NCBI RefSeq assembly: GCF_009914755.1
Contig: NC_060928.1
Direction: 5' to 3' (one strand)
Source of the DNA: the human T2T-CHM13v2.0 reference genome, Homo sapiens
Length of the DNA stretch: 64,000 bases
Below are positions 61,701 to 64,000 of this stretch, piece by piece; the stretch's first letter is position 1, and each line of letters starts with the position of its first letter. The notes under the pieces were generated by a model. The model saw only the letters and a list, made by a program, of their open reading frames with translations. It made no database searches and had not been told where the DNA came from. Both the position numbers and the translations under genes were made by a program.

Positions 61701-62800
61701 GTAAAACATACATGTGTACCAATCTGAGGTTGCTGCTTCTCTGAATATACTGTGATACATTTGCATTTCTCCAGTCCCACTCCTGTGCTGCTGGAACGGT
61801 CTGTCAGGATGATGTACCTTAGGGAAGAGGCCCTGCATTGGACTTGTGCTTGAAGCCAGAAACACGTAGTTTCTTTCCTGCTCTGTTTACAGCTGATCTT
61901 CTGACGCTGGGCTCTGTCGGGAATGTCTGTAGAGCTTGCAGTGACTTGTAGCTCAGCTGGAGATGTGGTGCACTGGCTATGTTAGGTCCTGTTTCCTTGT
62001 GGGATCTGGTGAGTTTGATTACTGTTCTGGCTTTGTTCATTTGTTAAATCCGAGTGGGAAAATTATTTAGGCACTGTCCTAGTAACCTCAGCGATTGGCT
62101 CTTTTTTTCTGTAACTGTTTATTTCCTCCTTGGGCCATTCAGAGCGTCGAGTCTCCTAAATGTCAGTATACTTTGTAAAGTAGGTGTTTCCATGCTGCAA
62201 GACTTAAATCTGTTCTGGAAACTTCAGGGAAACTCTGTGGTTGGAGTAGAGGCTTCATAATTCACCCTGAGGAAGGAAATGATAGTATGAATAATCAGTA
62301 CTATCCACAGACTTTATGATAGAATGTTTGATTCATAGCAAACATATTGAAAGAGAAGCTTACAGCTCTATGGTCAACAATTGCTCCTTCTCCGGCCAGA
62401 AAAGGCTCAGGATTCTTCAATCCATGGAACAGAAATCTGAAATCATTCCCATCAGCATGTCTTAATGCAGGGCCTGCCTGGCTACTGCAGGGTAAGAGCA
62501 TGAGCCGGAGCACTCTTGTAATGTGGAAGCAGCTGCTGGTCTTGGGCTTCAAGGTTTAGTTCCTTTCAAATTCATACTTAAAAAATACTTTCTGGTGGAG
62601 GTGGTCAGGAAACTCGAACAATGGGTGCCGCTAGGGAAGGGTTGAGGTGGGAACTGTCTGGAAACACCTTACTGTGTCTGGAGGTGAGAAACAGTCTTTC
62701 TCTGCTGGCAGCTGTGCTGACCTCAGCTCATGAGACGTCAGCTTCAACTCTTTGTGGTCCCCTCTGAAGCATGGGGCCAGTCAGAACAGCAAGGCTTTCT
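58740..62800 (-). pseudogene. Diverged GON4L-like pseudogene, N-terminal and YY1AP-type region
   Basis: Collinear motifs: SHEL..EKDCFS ~ LHEV..MKAAIS; HPLFE ~ MPMFE; NQTFYHK ~ DSTFMEK; SILTFR/TRRSEWP ~ SLIAFRTRSKMP; NYVFL..P..DR ~ EYNFL..P..DR; ASARYKTSLDNLKYF ~ ASSTRICLKELGTF; EFPTKDNSLFIFSVQKY ~ LFTKAEDNLLALGLKHF; HVLLRGVIF ~ LLLPKGVVL (about 59420-59450). Confidence 0.65.
59646..59997 (-). mobile_element. THE1 (MaLR) solo LTR
   Basis: TGTATTAG..GGCTGGGGAGGCCTCAGGAAACTT..ATCATGGTGGAAGG..GACACAGCCAAACCATATCA. Confidence 0.93.
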
Positions 62801-62849
62801 GGGCTGAGGATGTTGAATGCATGCAATGGTCTTGGTCAATGCAGTTGGC

Positions 62850-64000
62850 TCCTCAGGAAAAACTGGTGTTTTTCAGAGGCCTTTTTGGGTCAGCTACCAG
62901 CCTCTTCATTGCTTTCGGGCAGTTCTTGTGTATCTTGCTAAGATCTAGGAATGGGGGGATACCCCCAGCCTGTCAAGAAGATAATCTGGTCGGGGTTGTT
63001 GATGTGGGAGAAAGGAAGTGCCCCTCCCATCAGCTCATAAAATGAGATGCCATAGGCATTGACATGGGACTGGAAGCTGAGTGGGTTTTTACCCTTCGTT
63101 CAGATCGCCTCTGGGGCCATTGACTGTGGGTTTCCTTAATCTGCTGAGAATCACTTCGGTGTGACTTCACTGTTGCCAAACCAAAATGTCTCTAGTTCAC
63201 ACCATGAGGCCTTCATGGAGAAATATGTTGGATTTTATGTCTCTGTGGATGATCTTCTCTGCATGCCAACTAGTTCCTTCCCTGAGCTGTCTACCAGGCA
63301 ATGTCAATTAGCTGGAATGTCTGAAACTTGGTCTCCTGGACATGCAGGTAGCTGTAGAGGCTGCCTTCACAGCACTGGGTCACAATGCCAGGTTGTCCTG
63401 TGTCATGAACCCCAACAAGAGCAGAATGTCCACATGTCCTACACTGCTCAGGACAGCCACCTCATCTCTGAAGGCCTGGAACTGCTCTGGGGGTCAGGTT
63501 GACAACCTTGGAGGATCTTGACTGCATTGCCTCTGCCACTTAACCTGAAACAGTTCTGATAGAGCCTGACCTGATCTAAGCAGAGCGTGCCACTATATGG
63601 GCTTGTATTTCCCCAGAAGAACATGGATCTGTCCATGAGGTCTAACGTTTTTTTCTCCTGGATCCCAGAGCTCAGTGACTTTCCTTGTGTGCTGGCACAG
63701 GGGTTTGGGTTGTGGACCAGCTCACTGGGCTGAGGTGGCTGGAACCACTGGGGTAGGGCTGTGAAGGGAAGGCAGATTGACTGTGACTTGGTGTTGCATC
63801 CTCAATCATCCTCCTGTCCACAGGTGTGGTGATGCTGATCACGTGGACATGAAGCGTAGATGTTGACCCCTCTCTCTGGGAGAGGAAACCTTCAGAGGGG
63901 CTGAAGGAATTGAATATGAAAGCATGAGGTGTAGAATGTCTGTTGGGAGCTAACAGGCATCCAGGAAAGACTGTCACGTATGATACATTGTCAAAGAAGG
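62850..64000 (-). pseudogene. RAF1P1: Processed RAF1 pseudogene (CR2 through kinase domain), continues past the right edge; probably RAF1P1
   Basis: [34 protein letters not shown] (RAF1 S259 region), [67 protein letters not shown]. Intronless, with stops and frameshifts. RAF1 identity is strong; the locus name is from memory. Confidence 0.9.

Noticed and set aside
62755-62850. WPHASEG as the RAF1 RSASEP (S621) site
   Set aside because: Similarity is much lower than in the rest of the retrocopy and fits GON4L-like sequence about equally well; left unassigned.
290-63977. ORF-track entries as real protein-coding genes
   Set aside because: All are 161 aa or shorter, many use non-ATG starts, and the recognisable ones are fragments of frameshifted pseudogenes or retroelements.
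1-64000. CRISPR array, rRNA/tRNA genes or prokaryotic systems
   Set aside because: No regularly spaced short repeats or structural RNA signatures were seen; the content is primate repeats and pseudogenes.

Overview
Primate (probably hominoid) non-genic DNA. No intact protein-coding gene is visible; the ORF track consists of fragments of decayed elements. From left to right: (1) a deleted HERV-K(HML-3) provirus with a MER9-type 5' LTR on the minus strand (1-5828); (2) a tandem, mosaic array of very old intronless GON4L/YY1AP1-like pseudogenes (four related copies at 5.8-40.9 kb and a more diverged, interrupted set at 50-62.8 kb), recognised by stitching frames to recover YY1AP-type, PAH and SANT motifs; (3) interleaved remnants of about six MARK/SMOK-like (AMPK-related) kinase pseudogenes; (4) many solo LTRs, L1 fragments and MER20, but no Alu that I could see; (5) a processed RAF1 pseudogene running off the right edge. 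From memory RAF1P1 lies at human 4p16.1 between WDR1 and ZNF518B; I cannot verify this here. Almost everything is antisense to the + strand, the GON4L-like unit was amplified after it had been disrupted, and the L1s carry many 2-5 bp deletions at short repeats. Together these suggest, by inference only, a germline-transcribed (pachytene piRNA-type) locus built from pseudogene antisense. Protein matches are by-eye comparisons with remembered sequences; most boundaries are approximate (about +/-50-100 bp) unless terminal dinucleotides or TSDs are quoted.
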